From Candidatus Krumholzibacteriota bacterium (GTDB taxonomy: Bacteria > Krumholzibacteriota > Krumholzibacteriia > JAJRXK01): a stretch of DNA of 64,000 nt. How positions within the stretch are numbered: position 1 is the first letter of the stretch; each line of letters opens with the position of its first letter. The position numbers were made by a program, and so were the translations under genes. Shown piece by piece: positions 31,007 to 40,370 of the stretch. Under the pieces are notes generated by a model, which saw only the letters and a list, made by a program, of their open reading frames with translations, was not told the DNA's origin and made no database searches. The DNA lies in the NCBI GenBank assembly GCA_963727455.1, contig CAVSGG010000009.1, positions 416,001 to 480,000 on the forward strand. Direction: 5' to 3'.

Positions 31007-31037
31007 AGGAATACTTCCGACTTAGGAATCATTCCTA
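31006..31037. promoter_or_regulatory. Tandem Fur/PerR-type 7-1-7 operator boxes
   Basis: Perfect TAGGAAT-C-ATTCCTA at 31023-31037 and imperfect TAGGAAT-A-CTTCCGA at 31006-31020 abutting the perR start. Confidence 0.7.
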
Positions 31038-31263
31038 TAAATAATCGCAGCTCCCCTTTCCGTCAAGGGCCCGCGAGGGCCCCGGGCGCGCTTTCGTGCC
31101 TCGCAGCCTAGGACAGGATGCAAAGAAAATAAAGGAGTTACGGATATTATTGGGGAATTGCAGAAAAAATCCTCAAGTTCTTGATCAAACGGTCGATCTC
31201 TCTTCATGAAGGACAATTGGCTTCCAGCACCGAGCACCCTCCAAGGCGGGGAGTGGGTTCGCG

Positions 31264-31725
31264 ATGCTGGTATTGCCCCATGCGCTGCAGACACTTGGCA
31301 GCTACCGGCGGGCCCTCGGGGCATCGCGAATCCCCCTTCCCAGTGGTTTTGATCTCCGATGTGCCCTGGCTTGGATCCTGGGGGCATTCTGCTTGCTTTC
31401 TTTTCTCGAGGAATTTTCGGGAACCTCCTGGGCGTCTGAAACGCCCACTCGCGGAACCACTCTCGCGCGGGCCCGTGTCCTTCCCCTGCCTTCCGCGCAA
31501 GGGAACAAAGCGGTGGAGGACGATTGGGAAGAGCTCGCGCTCAGGCTGCGCACGGAGGTTCTGCGAGGAGGGATCACGAGCCTCGGTTTGCAAGGCCAGC
31601 TCGAGAACTTCGTGGAACGCTGCAACGAGGAACGGATGAGAAACGGTGACTGCGCTCGCTTCGAGCTGGTCACGCCACCGGGGGAGACGACCCCCATCCT
31701 TCAGCTAGAATGGACAGGCAATTGA
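31264..31725 (+). CDS. Hypothetical protein with one hydrophobic segment; start uncertain
   Basis: ORF overlapping the start of the next gene; no recognisable motif. Confidence 0.3.
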   Translation: MLVLPHALQTLGSYRRALGASRIPLPSGFDLRCALAWILGAFCLLSFLEEFSGTSWASETPTRGTTLARARVLPLPSAQGNKAVEDDWEELALRLRTEVLRGGITSLGLQGQLENFVERCNEERMRNGDCARFELVTPPGETTPILQLEWTGN

Positions 31726-32606
31726 ATACTCCACACGAACACGATCCGAAGCAGTTCGAGGATAATTACTTCGATCGCCAATTCTGGAGGCTCTGGTTCC
31801 TCATGGTCGGAGTCTCGGTATTCACCACCGGTGCCTTGGCCATGACCATGCGAAGCCTGCGAGGCATCATCCACCGGCAGTGGCCCTGGGGTGGGACCGA
31901 GGTGGTCCTACTGGTGGGGCTCTTCCTCATGGTCGCGCTCCTCGCCAGCTACCTCACCTACCAGCAGAAGCGGATCCTCGCCCTGCGTTCCTCCCTCGAG
32001 CAGGTTCGTCTGAAGAATGCCGAGGCGAGCCGCCGTCACCGCAGCCGTCTCGTGGCGTTCTATAGCGTGAGCCAGGTCTTGGCGGACACCAACGACCCCC
32101 AGATGGTCTTCGACCGTATCACGGGAATGTGCAAGCACGTCTTCGAGAGCGAGCGCGTTTCCTTGATGCTGCTGGACGCGCGCACCCAGGAACTGGTGGT
32201 GCAATCCGCGATCGGGCATCCGAATCTCGATGAGGTCATCGGCTCGCGCAAGAAGCTCGGCTGCGGGATCTCCGGAATCGTGGCGCGCAAGAAGGAGGCA
32301 ATCCTCCTGTCCGACGAAGTCTCAGCCGAGGAATTCCCGGGCCACGAGAGGAATCAGGACAGCATTTCCACCTCGATGATCGCGCCCCTGATCGTGCGCG
32401 ACGAGGTGGCGGGAATTCTCAGCGTCGCCAATCACAGCTCGGGCATGCGGTACGATGCCGAGGACCTCGCGGCCTTGAAGATCTTCGCGGAGATCGCGGA
32501 ATACTCGATTCGCCACTACGAGCAGGCGCAGTGGATGCGCCAGACGATCGAGAGTCTGCGCGGTAAATCCAAAGCGGAATCCGAACCCGAGTCTGCCGTG
32601 AGCTGA
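31710..32606 (+). CDS. Two-TM membrane protein with C-terminal GAF domain and no output domain
   Basis: Two TM segments, coiled coil, then GAF (RVSLMLLD...LGCGISGIVA...MIAPLIVRDEVAGILSV...YDAEDL). Confidence 0.8.
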   Translation: MDRQLNTPHEHDPKQFEDNYFDRQFWRLWFLMVGVSVFTTGALAMTMRSLRGIIHRQWPWGGTEVVLLVGLFLMVALLASYLTYQQKRILALRSSLEQVRLKNAEASRRHRSRLVAFYSVSQVLADTNDPQMVFDRITGMCKHVFESERVSLMLLDARTQELVVQSAIGHPNLDEVIGSRKKLGCGISGIVARKKEAILLSDEVSAEEFPGHERNQDSISTSMIAPLIVRDEVAGILSVANHSSGMRYDAEDLAALKIFAEIAEYSIRHYEQAQWMRQTIESLRGKSKAESEPESAVS

Positions 32607-32624
32607 AGCGTCTCCGGATCCGCC

Positions 32625-33002
32625 TCAGTGATTGCGCTGCTTTAAGAGCTTATCGATCGCGTCGAGGAGTTCTCGCGGCGCGAGTGGTTTGGAAAACGCG
32701 AGGTCGGCGCCCAGAATCTTTGCGGGGCGCAGGTAACCCTCCGCACTGGCGCGACCCCCACCGGAGATCGCGATGATCTTCGCGTTCGGAAATTCTCTCC
32801 TCAAATCCAGAATCGTCTCCAATCCATCTTGTTCTGGCATGATGATGTCGAGCACCACCAGGTCCGCAGGCTTTTCCCGGTAGGCAGCCACTGCAGCACG
32901 GCCATCACCTGCTTCCACGACTAGGTGGCCATGAGACTCGAGCGTACGTTTGAATACCTCACGCACCTGTTGGTCGTCATCCACCACGAGAATGCGCGCC
33001 AT
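32625..33002 (-). CDS. Single-domain response regulator
   Basis: MARILVVDDD, DLVVLDIIMPEQDG, IIAISGG, KP. Confidence 0.92.
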   Translation of the reverse strand: MARILVVDDDQQVREVFKRTLESHGHLVVEAGDGRAAVAAYREKPADLVVLDIIMPEQDGLETILDLRREFPNAKIIAISGGGRASAEGYLRPAKILGADLAFSKPLAPRELLDAIDKLLKQRNH

Positions 33003-34104
33003 GGAGTTCCTCCTCCCTGAGCGGAATCTGTATTTCGAATTCCGTCCCTTCTCCCAATGCGCTTCGGACTTGAATCGTGCCACCGTGCTGCTGAACAATG
33101 CCATAAACCGTCGCCAGGCCCAAGCCCGTACCGCCACCGATTCGCTTCGTCGTGAAAAATGGGTCGAAAATGTGCTCCTGGGTCACACGATCCATCCCGA
33201 TACCCTCATCCCTGACTCGCAGGAATGCGTGCCGTACGGGGCGAGTCGTGGTGGTCTCCTCTTCACTCTTCGCGATGATAGTCCCGGTACTGACTTCAAT
33301 GCGCCCGCCCTTGGGCATCGCGTCCTGAGCGTTCAAGGCCAAATTCAGAATGAGCTGTTGCAGCTGATTGGGGTCCGCGATCACCTCTGCCATTGCTTCA
33401 CCGGGAACGAAGTCGACACGCGTGTTCTCGCGCAGCACGCGTCGTAACAGACCCAGCGATTCTTCGACCACACGATTCAGCTGGATCTTCTCGAAGCTGT
33501 TGATCTGACTGCGGCCAAAGGCCATGAGACGACTCGTCAGTTCCGCGGCGGATTCGGTCGCCCTGCGAATCTTCTCCAGATCCGCGAATTCTTGGGAAGC
33601 GGGATCCAGCTCATCCTCGACGAAGTGAACGTGACCCAGGATGATCTGCAGGATGTTGTTGAAGTCGTGGGTGATTCCCTCGGCCATCTGCCCCAGCGCT
33701 TCCATTTTCTGGGCGTGATGGAGTTCGTTCTGCAGCTTGAGCTCCCGGCTCAAATCGAACTTTACCGCCGCGTAGTTGGTAATCCGGCCCGTTGCGTCCA
33801 TCACCGGCGAAATCGTGGCCTTCTCCTCGTAGAGCGTGCCGTCCTTCTTGCGGTTGATCATCCGTCCGCGCCAGACGTCCCCCTTGGAAATGGTGGCCCA
33901 CAGCGCCTCGTAGAAGGCGCTGGAATGCTGCCCGCTCTTGAGAATCCTGGTGCTCTGACCCAGGACTTCGGCACGCGTATAGCCGGTGATCGCCTCGAAG
34001 GCCGGGTTCACGTACTCGATGATTCCCGCCGGGTCCGTAATGACGACGGATTCGTCCAGGGCCTCGACGGCTGTCAGCATCTGATTGGAAGAAATCTCCG
34101 GCAT
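32977..34104 (-). CDS. PAS sensor histidine kinase (CckA/NtrB-type, cytoplasmic)
   Basis: PAS/PAC (YVNPAF...NRKKDG), THDFNN H-box, NLALNAQDA, DEGIGM, FFTTK, GTGLGL. Confidence 0.92.
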   Translation of the reverse strand: MPEISSNQMLTAVEALDESVVITDPAGIIEYVNPAFEAITGYTRAEVLGQSTRILKSGQHSSAFYEALWATISKGDVWRGRMINRKKDGTLYEEKATISPVMDATGRITNYAAVKFDLSRELKLQNELHHAQKMEALGQMAEGITHDFNNILQIILGHVHFVEDELDPASQEFADLEKIRRATESAAELTSRLMAFGRSQINSFEKIQLNRVVEESLGLLRRVLRENTRVDFVPGEAMAEVIADPNQLQQLILNLALNAQDAMPKGGRIEVSTGTIIAKSEEETTTTRPVRHAFLRVRDEGIGMDRVTQEHIFDPFFTTKRIGGGTGLGLATVYGIVQQHGGTIQVRSALGEGTEFEIQIPLREEELHGAHSRGG

Positions 34105-34708
34105 ACGACTCTTCTCAGGGGTGGGGGATTCTCAAGCGGACCGCAGCGGATTGATTCGTGCTGCCCACATCTTGTCCAACGAAGCCGCGCCAGGCAAGCG
34201 GGCGTTCGGTCCAGGGGCCCAACAAAAAAGCTCGGGGCAACCAAAGGATGCCCCGAGCGGAGGAGACCTGAAGGGTGATGACAGGCCCGTAGTTTGCACC
34301 ACGCAGCGATGGCCCGCGCCCTATCCTCCCATCCCGCCGGTGGAAGAACTTCGAGGGGGAAAGCACGGTGGTCAGGTGGAACTCCAAGGCTTCCAGCACT
34401 CGAGAACACCCAGTGCTCCGTGCTCCCCCCTCAAGAATCGGCGGTTGTCCGTTTACATTGCACAGCGGATGCCATGGGGGACGGAGCATGAACACAATTG
34501 TAACTCGCTTGTTGGCAATATATTATGGAGACAGCCTGAGTGAGAAAAATGGCGCAGATGAAAAAAGGGCGATATTTCGCACGATCTCAGGTTGATATTT
34601 CGTCTTTACCGCTGCGCTTGCCCGTTGTTTCCTGCGGAAGAAATCTCCACCCCACGACGGAGGCTCGGCCGGGCGGGCGGTCGATCCTGAGAACCACGGG
34701 AGGATGGC

Positions 34709-36391
34709 GTGAACACTCCAGCGGCTGAGCTGAATGCTCCCACCCCTGGGCCGGACGCGACCCTTGCGAGCCCTGAGCAAGAGCTCCAGCAACTCCTGGT
34801 GGAGACCGCACTGGAGTTCGTGGGGATGTCCGCCGAGGAAACGCCGCGTGGCATCGAATTCGCCCTGAAGAGGACTGCGCGCGCCCTGGGCTGTGACGCG
34901 GGATTCGTCTGCCTCTATCCCCCCGACAAGCAAAGGCTGGTGCTGCGCTATCTGTATCGCGGCGCGAATGTGCCGATCCGGAGATCTTTGCAGCGCGACC
35001 TCAAGTCCAGGTGGTTTCCCTGGGGGATGCAGCTCCACAGTAGTTTGAAGCCGGTCGTCGTGGATGACACACGCCGCATGCCCAAGGAGGCGACAGTCGA
35101 CCGGCGACTCATCGAGACCCTGGGTCTGGTTTCGTTCGTGGCCATTCCCATGTCCGTGGAAGGCGAGCTGATCGGCTCTTTGGGATTCGGCAGCTCCCAG
35201 GCCGACCACGACTGGCTCGAGCTGGAGATCGAGCTTCTGGGCAAGTTGGGCCGGCTGATCACCGGCGCACTTCAGCAACAGCAGGCCGTCGAAGCGCTGA
35301 AAGAGAGCGAGGGGCGGTTTCGCACCGTGGCCTCCTACGCGGCCGAGCTGGTTTTCGATGCCGATCTGGAAGCCCTGGAGGAACTCGCCGTGATGCGCAA
35401 CCGCCATCGAGTCGAGTCCCTCTACGAGCGCGAACAGGAGTCTCACGCGCGCGCCACCCAGGAGCTCGTGGGAGAGAGTCAGGTTCTCACCGCCATCCAT
35501 CATCACATTTCGCGGGTCGCCCCCACCCATTCCACCGTCCTCATCCTGGGCGAGACCGGGACCGGTAAGGAACTCGTGGCGCGCGCGGTGCATCGCGCCA
35601 GTTTACGAGCGGACCGGATCATGGTGAAAGTCGATTGCGGCGCGCTCCCGCCGACCTTGATCGAGAGTGAACTGTTTGGACACGAAAAGGGCTCCTTTAC
35701 CGGCGCGATCCAACGCAAGCTGGGACTCTTCGAACTCGCCGACGGCGGGACCATCTTCCTCGACGAGATCGGCGATCTCCCCATCGAGCTGCAGGCAAAG
35801 TTACTACGAGTGCTTCAGGAGGGTGAGTTCGTGAGGATCGGCTCCACAAATCTGCAGCGAGTCGACGTGCGAGTCATCGCGGCTACCAACCGTCCCCTGG
35901 ACGAGGCGATGAGGGCGGGGGAGTTTCGGCCCGATCTGTTCTACCGTTTGAGTGTCTTTCCCATCGAGATCCCCCCTCTGCGCAATCGCCAGGAGGACAT
36001 CCCGGTCCTGGTGCACCATTTCCTGAAGAAGACCTCGCGCAAGCTCTCGCGGGATGTGTTGAAGGTACCGCGGGAGCTCATGGAGTCCTTCATCGCCTAT
36101 GACTGGCCGGGGAACGTGCGGGAACTCGAGAACCTGATCGAGTGCGCGGCAGTGTTTTCCTCGGGAAACACACTTTCTCTGCCTTACGCTCTCATCTCCC
36201 GCTTGGGCGCCGCAAGCGGGAACGCATCCATCGAGAGTCTTCAGGACATGGAGCGCAAGCACATCGCGGGGGTGCTTCATGCATGCAATTGGCGCGTGAA
36301 GGGTAAGGGAAACGCGGCCGAGCGCCTGCAGCTCAACCCCAGTACTCTCTATTCGCGCATGCGGAAGCTGGGATTGAAGCGACCCCGCTGA
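34709..36391 (+). CDS. Sigma-54-dependent activator (GAF-AAA+-HTH, FhlA-like)
   Basis: [38 protein letters not shown]-terminal [14 protein letters not shown]. Confidence 0.93.
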   Translation: MNTPAAELNAPTPGPDATLASPEQELQQLLVETALEFVGMSAEETPRGIEFALKRTARALGCDAGFVCLYPPDKQRLVLRYLYRGANVPIRRSLQRDLKSRWFPWGMQLHSSLKPVVVDDTRRMPKEATVDRRLIETLGLVSFVAIPMSVEGELIGSLGFGSSQADHDWLELEIELLGKLGRLITGALQQQQAVEALKESEGRFRTVASYAAELVFDADLEALEELAVMRNRHRVESLYEREQESHARATQELVGESQVLTAIHHHISRVAPTHSTVLILGETGTGKELVARAVHRASLRADRIMVKVDCGALPPTLIESELFGHEKGSFTGAIQRKLGLFELADGGTIFLDEIGDLPIELQAKLLRVLQEGEFVRIGSTNLQRVDVRVIAATNRPLDEAMRAGEFRPDLFYRLSVFPIEIPPLRNRQEDIPVLVHHFLKKTSRKLSRDVLKVPRELMESFIAYDWPGNVRELENLIECAAVFSSGNTLSLPYALISRLGAASGNASIESLQDMERKHIAGVLHACNWRVKGKGNAAERLQLNPSTLYSRMRKLGLKRPR

Positions 36392-36436
36392 GGCGAGGCC
36401 ACCGCTTCAGAATTGAGGAAAGCTCCTGCTTCAGTA

Positions 36437-37225
36437 CTAAAGCAAGACGCCGAGTCGGGATTTCAGTTTCCGCAGCGCCTGTGCGTGCAATTGCGAGACG
36501 CGGCTTTCGCTCAAATGTAGCATCTGTCCAATTTCTCTCAGCTTCTGACCCTCGAAGTAATGAAGCCGCAGCACGGTCTCTTCCTTGGGTGAAAGCGAAG
36601 GAAGTGCCTGTTCGAGAGCCTCCCACAGGCTCTTACGCTCCATCTCAGCTTGACCGTCGATGGGACTGAGTTTGGCCAAGTCCTTCAGGCTCTGCTCCTT
36701 TTGACTCTCAACCTCACCGCTCTGCATGAGATCGATGAGTGTGGCGATCTCGGTGACGCGCCAGTACTCTCCGAGTCCCATCTTCAGCTCCTCGGCGACC
36801 TCTTCCTCTCGAACTGGCCTGCCCCGTTCTTGCTCGAGTCGACGAGTGGCACGTGTGATTTCCGAGAGAGTCCTGCGGACCGAGCGCGGCACCCAGTCCA
36901 TCTTGCGCAGTTCGTCCCGAATCGCGCCCTGAATCCGGATGCGCGCATAGGACTCGAAGTGGAGGCTTTTTGTGGGATCGTATTTCGCGGCCGCGCTCAG
37001 CAAGCCCAACCAGGCCGCGCTCATCAGGTCGGAGGTTTCGATGTTGGCCGGCAGACACCAGGCGACTTTTCGAACTACGCGGCTGACGAGAGAGGAGTAC
37101 TCGCCAACTAGGGCCTCGCGCCAATCGCCGCCAGAGCTATGGCGCGGATCCTCCTGTTCGAACGAGCCGGTCGGTGTCCGCGGAAGATTTGGTTTCGTCA
37201 AGACTGCCAAGGTTCTTGCACACAT
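36437..37225 (-). CDS. fliA: FliA/WhiG (sigma-28) family RNA polymerase sigma factor; start uncertain
   Basis: YARIRIQGAIRDELRKMDWVPRSVR, LREIG...LSESRVSQLH; start must lie downstream of the sigma-54 promoter. Confidence 0.88.
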   Translation of the reverse strand: MCARTLAVLTKPNLPRTPTGSFEQEDPRHSSGGDWREALVGEYSSLVSRVVRKVAWCLPANIETSDLMSAAWLGLLSAAAKYDPTKSLHFESYARIRIQGAIRDELRKMDWVPRSVRRTLSEITRATRRLEQERGRPVREEEVAEELKMGLGEYWRVTEIATLIDLMQSGEVESQKEQSLKDLAKLSPIDGQAEMERKSLWEALEQALPSLSPKEETVLRLHYFEGQKLREIGQMLHLSESRVSQLHAQALRKLKSRLGVLL

Positions 37226-37257
37226 CCCTCTGGCCAGGGAAAACTTCGAGCAAGAAC

Positions 37258-37274
37258 ATGCAATCTCGGTGCCA
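37258..37274 (-). promoter_or_regulatory. Sigma-54 (-24/-12) promoter upstream of the sigma-28 gene
   Basis: Minus strand TGGCACCGAGATTGCAT = TGGCAC-N5-TTGCA with exact GG-N10-GC spacing. Confidence 0.75.
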
Positions 37275-37364
37275 CGCACGGGCGGGGCACAATCCGTAGA
37301 TTTGGGCGGATTCGTGGCGATTTGACGGCATTTGTCCAGGACCGATGCTAAAGGGAAGAGGAGA

Positions 37365-38405
37365 TCACAGCAGCGTGGAGCCTTCGAATCCCTCCCAGTG
37401 ATGCGAACGCAGAGCGCGCACGACTTGTTCGGCGACGTTCACCGCCGCGCGTCCCGCCTCCGCGTCCACCTGGGGTTTCTCGTGTTTCCGCACGCAGTTC
37501 AGGAAGTGAGACAGCTCCGCTTTCAGGGGTTCCTCTTCTTCCATCGCCAAGGGCTGCATTTTCACCAGGGACATGTAGTCCAGACTGGAGAGATCCTCTC
37601 CGCGTCGCAGCTTCTCACGCACCGATTGGAGCGCCTCCCGATTCTCCACCATGGACATCAAGAGACCGGTGCGCTTCGCGAAATCCATGGTGAGATAGAC
37701 GGATTCACTGAACACTCGCAGTTTGCGTTCGGTCTTGAGTGCCAGCCGCGAGACTGTCAGATTGGCGACACAGCCATCCTCGAAGATGAGCCGTGCGTTC
37801 GCCACGTCTTCCCGCTCAGTGATGACCCCTACCCCAACCGCGTGGACTTCTTTGAGGGGCGAAGCGCACATCATCAGCACGATGTCCAGATCGTGGATCA
37901 TCAGGTCGAAGACCACACCTACGTCCACCGAACGGAAGCTCATGGGCGCCACTCGATCGATCTCGATAAAGCGCGGACGGAGCTTCAACTCGGATACAGC
38001 ACGGACGGCGGGATTGAAGCGCTCGGTATGTCCGACCTGACAGATCACCGCATTATCCGCCGCCAAGCGCGCAATGGCAGCCGCTTCGCTCGAGGACGAA
38101 GCCAGGGGCTTCTCGATGAGACAGGCGATCTTTCGCGGCAGGAGTTTGGCCGCGACCTCGCCGTGGTGAATGGTGGGAGTCACCACGCTTACCGCCTCGA
38201 TCGACTCCGACGAGTTGAGCAGCTCCTCCAAACTCCCGTAGGCGGCGCACTCGAAATCACTCGCCACTGCGCGCGCTCGCGCCGCATCACTGTCCACGAC
38301 TGCCACCAGCCGCGCATCGCTCAGCTCGTGGTAGATCCTGGCATGGTGACGGCCCATCCGTCCCGTACCGACCACCGCGACCGCAAGGGCTTCGCTCTTG
38401 GACAT
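37365..38405 (-). CDS. Gfo/Idh/MocA oxidoreductase (GnnA-like)
   Basis: GTGRMG, IEKP, GHTERFNPA, DLMIHDLD. Confidence 0.88.
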   Translation of the reverse strand: MSKSEALAVAVVGTGRMGRHHARIYHELSDARLVAVVDSDAARARAVASDFECAAYGSLEELLNSSESIEAVSVVTPTIHHGEVAAKLLPRKIACLIEKPLASSSSEAAAIARLAADNAVICQVGHTERFNPAVRAVSELKLRPRFIEIDRVAPMSFRSVDVGVVFDLMIHDLDIVLMMCASPLKEVHAVGVGVITEREDVANARLIFEDGCVANLTVSRLALKTERKLRVFSESVYLTMDFAKRTGLLMSMVENREALQSVREKLRRGEDLSSLDYMSLVKMQPLAMEEEEPLKAELSHFLNCVRKHEKPQVDAEAGRAAVNVAEQVVRALRSHHWEGFEGSTLL

Positions 38406-38485
38406 CGAAACACACTCCACGGGAATACTGCAGCGAGACTGGCACGGCGCCCGTTGCAGCGCAATGCTTTCCCCTACCCTGGCTC

Positions 38486-39412
38486 TCAGCCTCGCGGCGA
38501 GCCCTGGCGCAACTCCTCCAGCGCAGCCTGAAAATCGGCGGGAAGTCCGCTTTCGACCAGGATTTCGTCCAGATGAAGAAGACTCGCGTGGAGAAGGTGC
38601 CGTGAAAAACTTCCACGGGGGCCTCCATAGGTATCGTCTCCCAACAGGGGATGCCCGAGGTGTGCCAGGGAAACGCGAATTTGGTGCAAGAAGCCGCTGA
38701 CCGGCCGCGCTTCCACCAGCGTGGCCGAGGCAAAGATCTCCAAGGGCTTCAGGTAGCTCAGGCAGCGCCGGCTGACGCTCAGCTTGGTTCCTTCCGGCAC
38801 CACCTCCACGCGGGCAGGACGGTGTCGCGCCACTCTCAGATTCAGTCGCGCTTTGGCCGGCCGTTCGAAGCGTCCTTCGACCAGGGCCTGGTAGACTTTC
38901 TCCGTGCGGTGTGCGCTGAACGCGGCGCGCAGGTGCTTCCAGTTGCGTTCCTCGGTGGCAAAGAGGAGCACGCCCGAGGTGTCCACGTCCAAGCGGTGCA
39001 CGACTCCGCTGCGCAGCCCTCCCTCACCCACCCCGTAGATCTTGGGAAAACGGGAAGCCACGAAATTCAGGGCGGTCGCACTCTCGTCCTCCTTGAGCGG
39101 GTGCACCGGCATTCCCGCCGGCTTGTCCACTGCGATCCAGCCGCTTCCCTCGGCCAGGATTTCCAGTTCCTCGCCCGTGTAGGGCAAGATTTCCTCCGAG
39201 CCGGGGGGCTGGAAGGCCGCCACTTCCACACTCCATCCATCCTTGAGCGCCAGACCCTTGGAGGCGCGCTTACCTTCCACGCGCACGTTCTGCTCCTCGA
39301 GCAAACGCTGCGCGGCGCGGCGCGAGATTCCCAGATGGCGGGTGAGAAACAGATCGAGACGAAGTCCATCGTCGGCCTTCAATACGCGGAAAATCTGTGA
39401 ACTCTGAGACAT
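38486..39412 (-). CDS. RluA/RluD-family pseudouridine synthase with S4 domain
   Basis: RLDLFL S4, DKPAGMPVHP, VHRLDVDTSG, HQIRV...GHPLLGD. Confidence 0.9.
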   Translation of the reverse strand: MSQSSQIFRVLKADDGLRLDLFLTRHLGISRRAAQRLLEEQNVRVEGKRASKGLALKDGWSVEVAAFQPPGSEEILPYTGEELEILAEGSGWIAVDKPAGMPVHPLKEDESATALNFVASRFPKIYGVGEGGLRSGVVHRLDVDTSGVLLFATEERNWKHLRAAFSAHRTEKVYQALVEGRFERPAKARLNLRVARHRPARVEVVPEGTKLSVSRRCLSYLKPLEIFASATLVEARPVSGFLHQIRVSLAHLGHPLLGDDTYGGPRGSFSRHLLHASLLHLDEILVESGLPADFQAALEELRQGSPRG

Positions 39413-39535
39413 CGCGGCACCGTCCTCGCGTCGCGGCATGACAAACCCGTCAACTGGTCCAAGGAGCCCGGAAGCGCTCCACACTCCTTCGGCTTACGAA
39501 GGAAGTGTAGCGCATGCTCCGTCCTACGGCACCGT

Positions 39536-40201
39536 CTAGAGAGAAAGCGAGCGCGGGGAGGCAGTCGTCAGAAAGGAGACCAGCGCGAGAACCAGCGATT
39601 CCAGAAGTTCCTCGTCGCTCATGGACTTCAGCTCGGCGCGCCGCGTTTCGGGAAAGACCACCAGCTCGCTCAGCGCAGCCAGGGTGAACGAGAGTCCGAT
39701 CTGCACGGCGCGCAGGCGGTCGGGGCGCTCGGCGAGCTCGGGGCTCTCGCTCAGCCAGTTGTCCAGAAGTTGCATCGGCTTCTCGAAGTCGTCTCCCTCG
39801 GCCCCTTTGTACCAGCCGCCGTGCCCGCTGAAGGTGCGCAGAGCCCGCGCGCGGGCGAAGCCCAGTTCCTTGCGGTGCATTTTCAGCACGGCCGAGAAGA
39901 AGATCCGGGCCCGCTCCGACAGGGAGACGCCGCCCCAATCGCGCTCTTGGATGCGCCTGACCACCATCGAGATTCGCTGCTCTGCCTCTCTTTCGATGAG
40001 AGCGTCGAAGAGCTCGTCCTTGTCCTTGAAGTAGTAGTGGAAAGAGCCGGTGGAGGTACCCGCCCTGCGCGTCAAATCGACGATCCTGATGTCATCGAAG
40101 TTGTGCCGCTCCATCAGGGCAAGTGCGGCGTCCAGCAGTTTTCGGCGCGTCCTCTGGCCGTGCGGGCTGCGCTGGCGTTGGGGAAGGGATTGCCCTGACA
40201 T
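39536..40201 (-). CDS. TetR/AcrR-family regulator
   Basis: TRRKLLDAALAL...RAGTSTGSFHYYFKDKDELF helix-turn-helix. Confidence 0.9.
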   Translation of the reverse strand: MSGQSLPQRQRSPHGQRTRRKLLDAALALMERHNFDDIRIVDLTRRAGTSTGSFHYYFKDKDELFDALIEREAEQRISMVVRRIQERDWGGVSLSERARIFFSAVLKMHRKELGFARARALRTFSGHGGWYKGAEGDDFEKPMQLLDNWLSESPELAERPDRLRAVQIGLSFTLAALSELVVFPETRRAELKSMSDEELLESLVLALVSFLTTASPRSLSL

Positions 40202-40370
40202 AAACCGATGGGGATTGAGGGTGAATCACGCTGCTCCCACGTTGGTCGCACTCGCCCTGAGGTCAAGGCGAAACCGCGCCAGGCTTGTGGAGAATGGCGG
40301 GGAGGACTAGCATGGAGTGCCACTTTGCTTGGCACCTCCCTCAGCAATCGAGTTTCTCAAGGAGGATCTC

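Noticed and set aside
34105-34708. Short ORFs in the 600-bp kinase/activator intergenic region
   Set aside because: No motifs or convincing RBS; more consistent with divergent promoter DNA.
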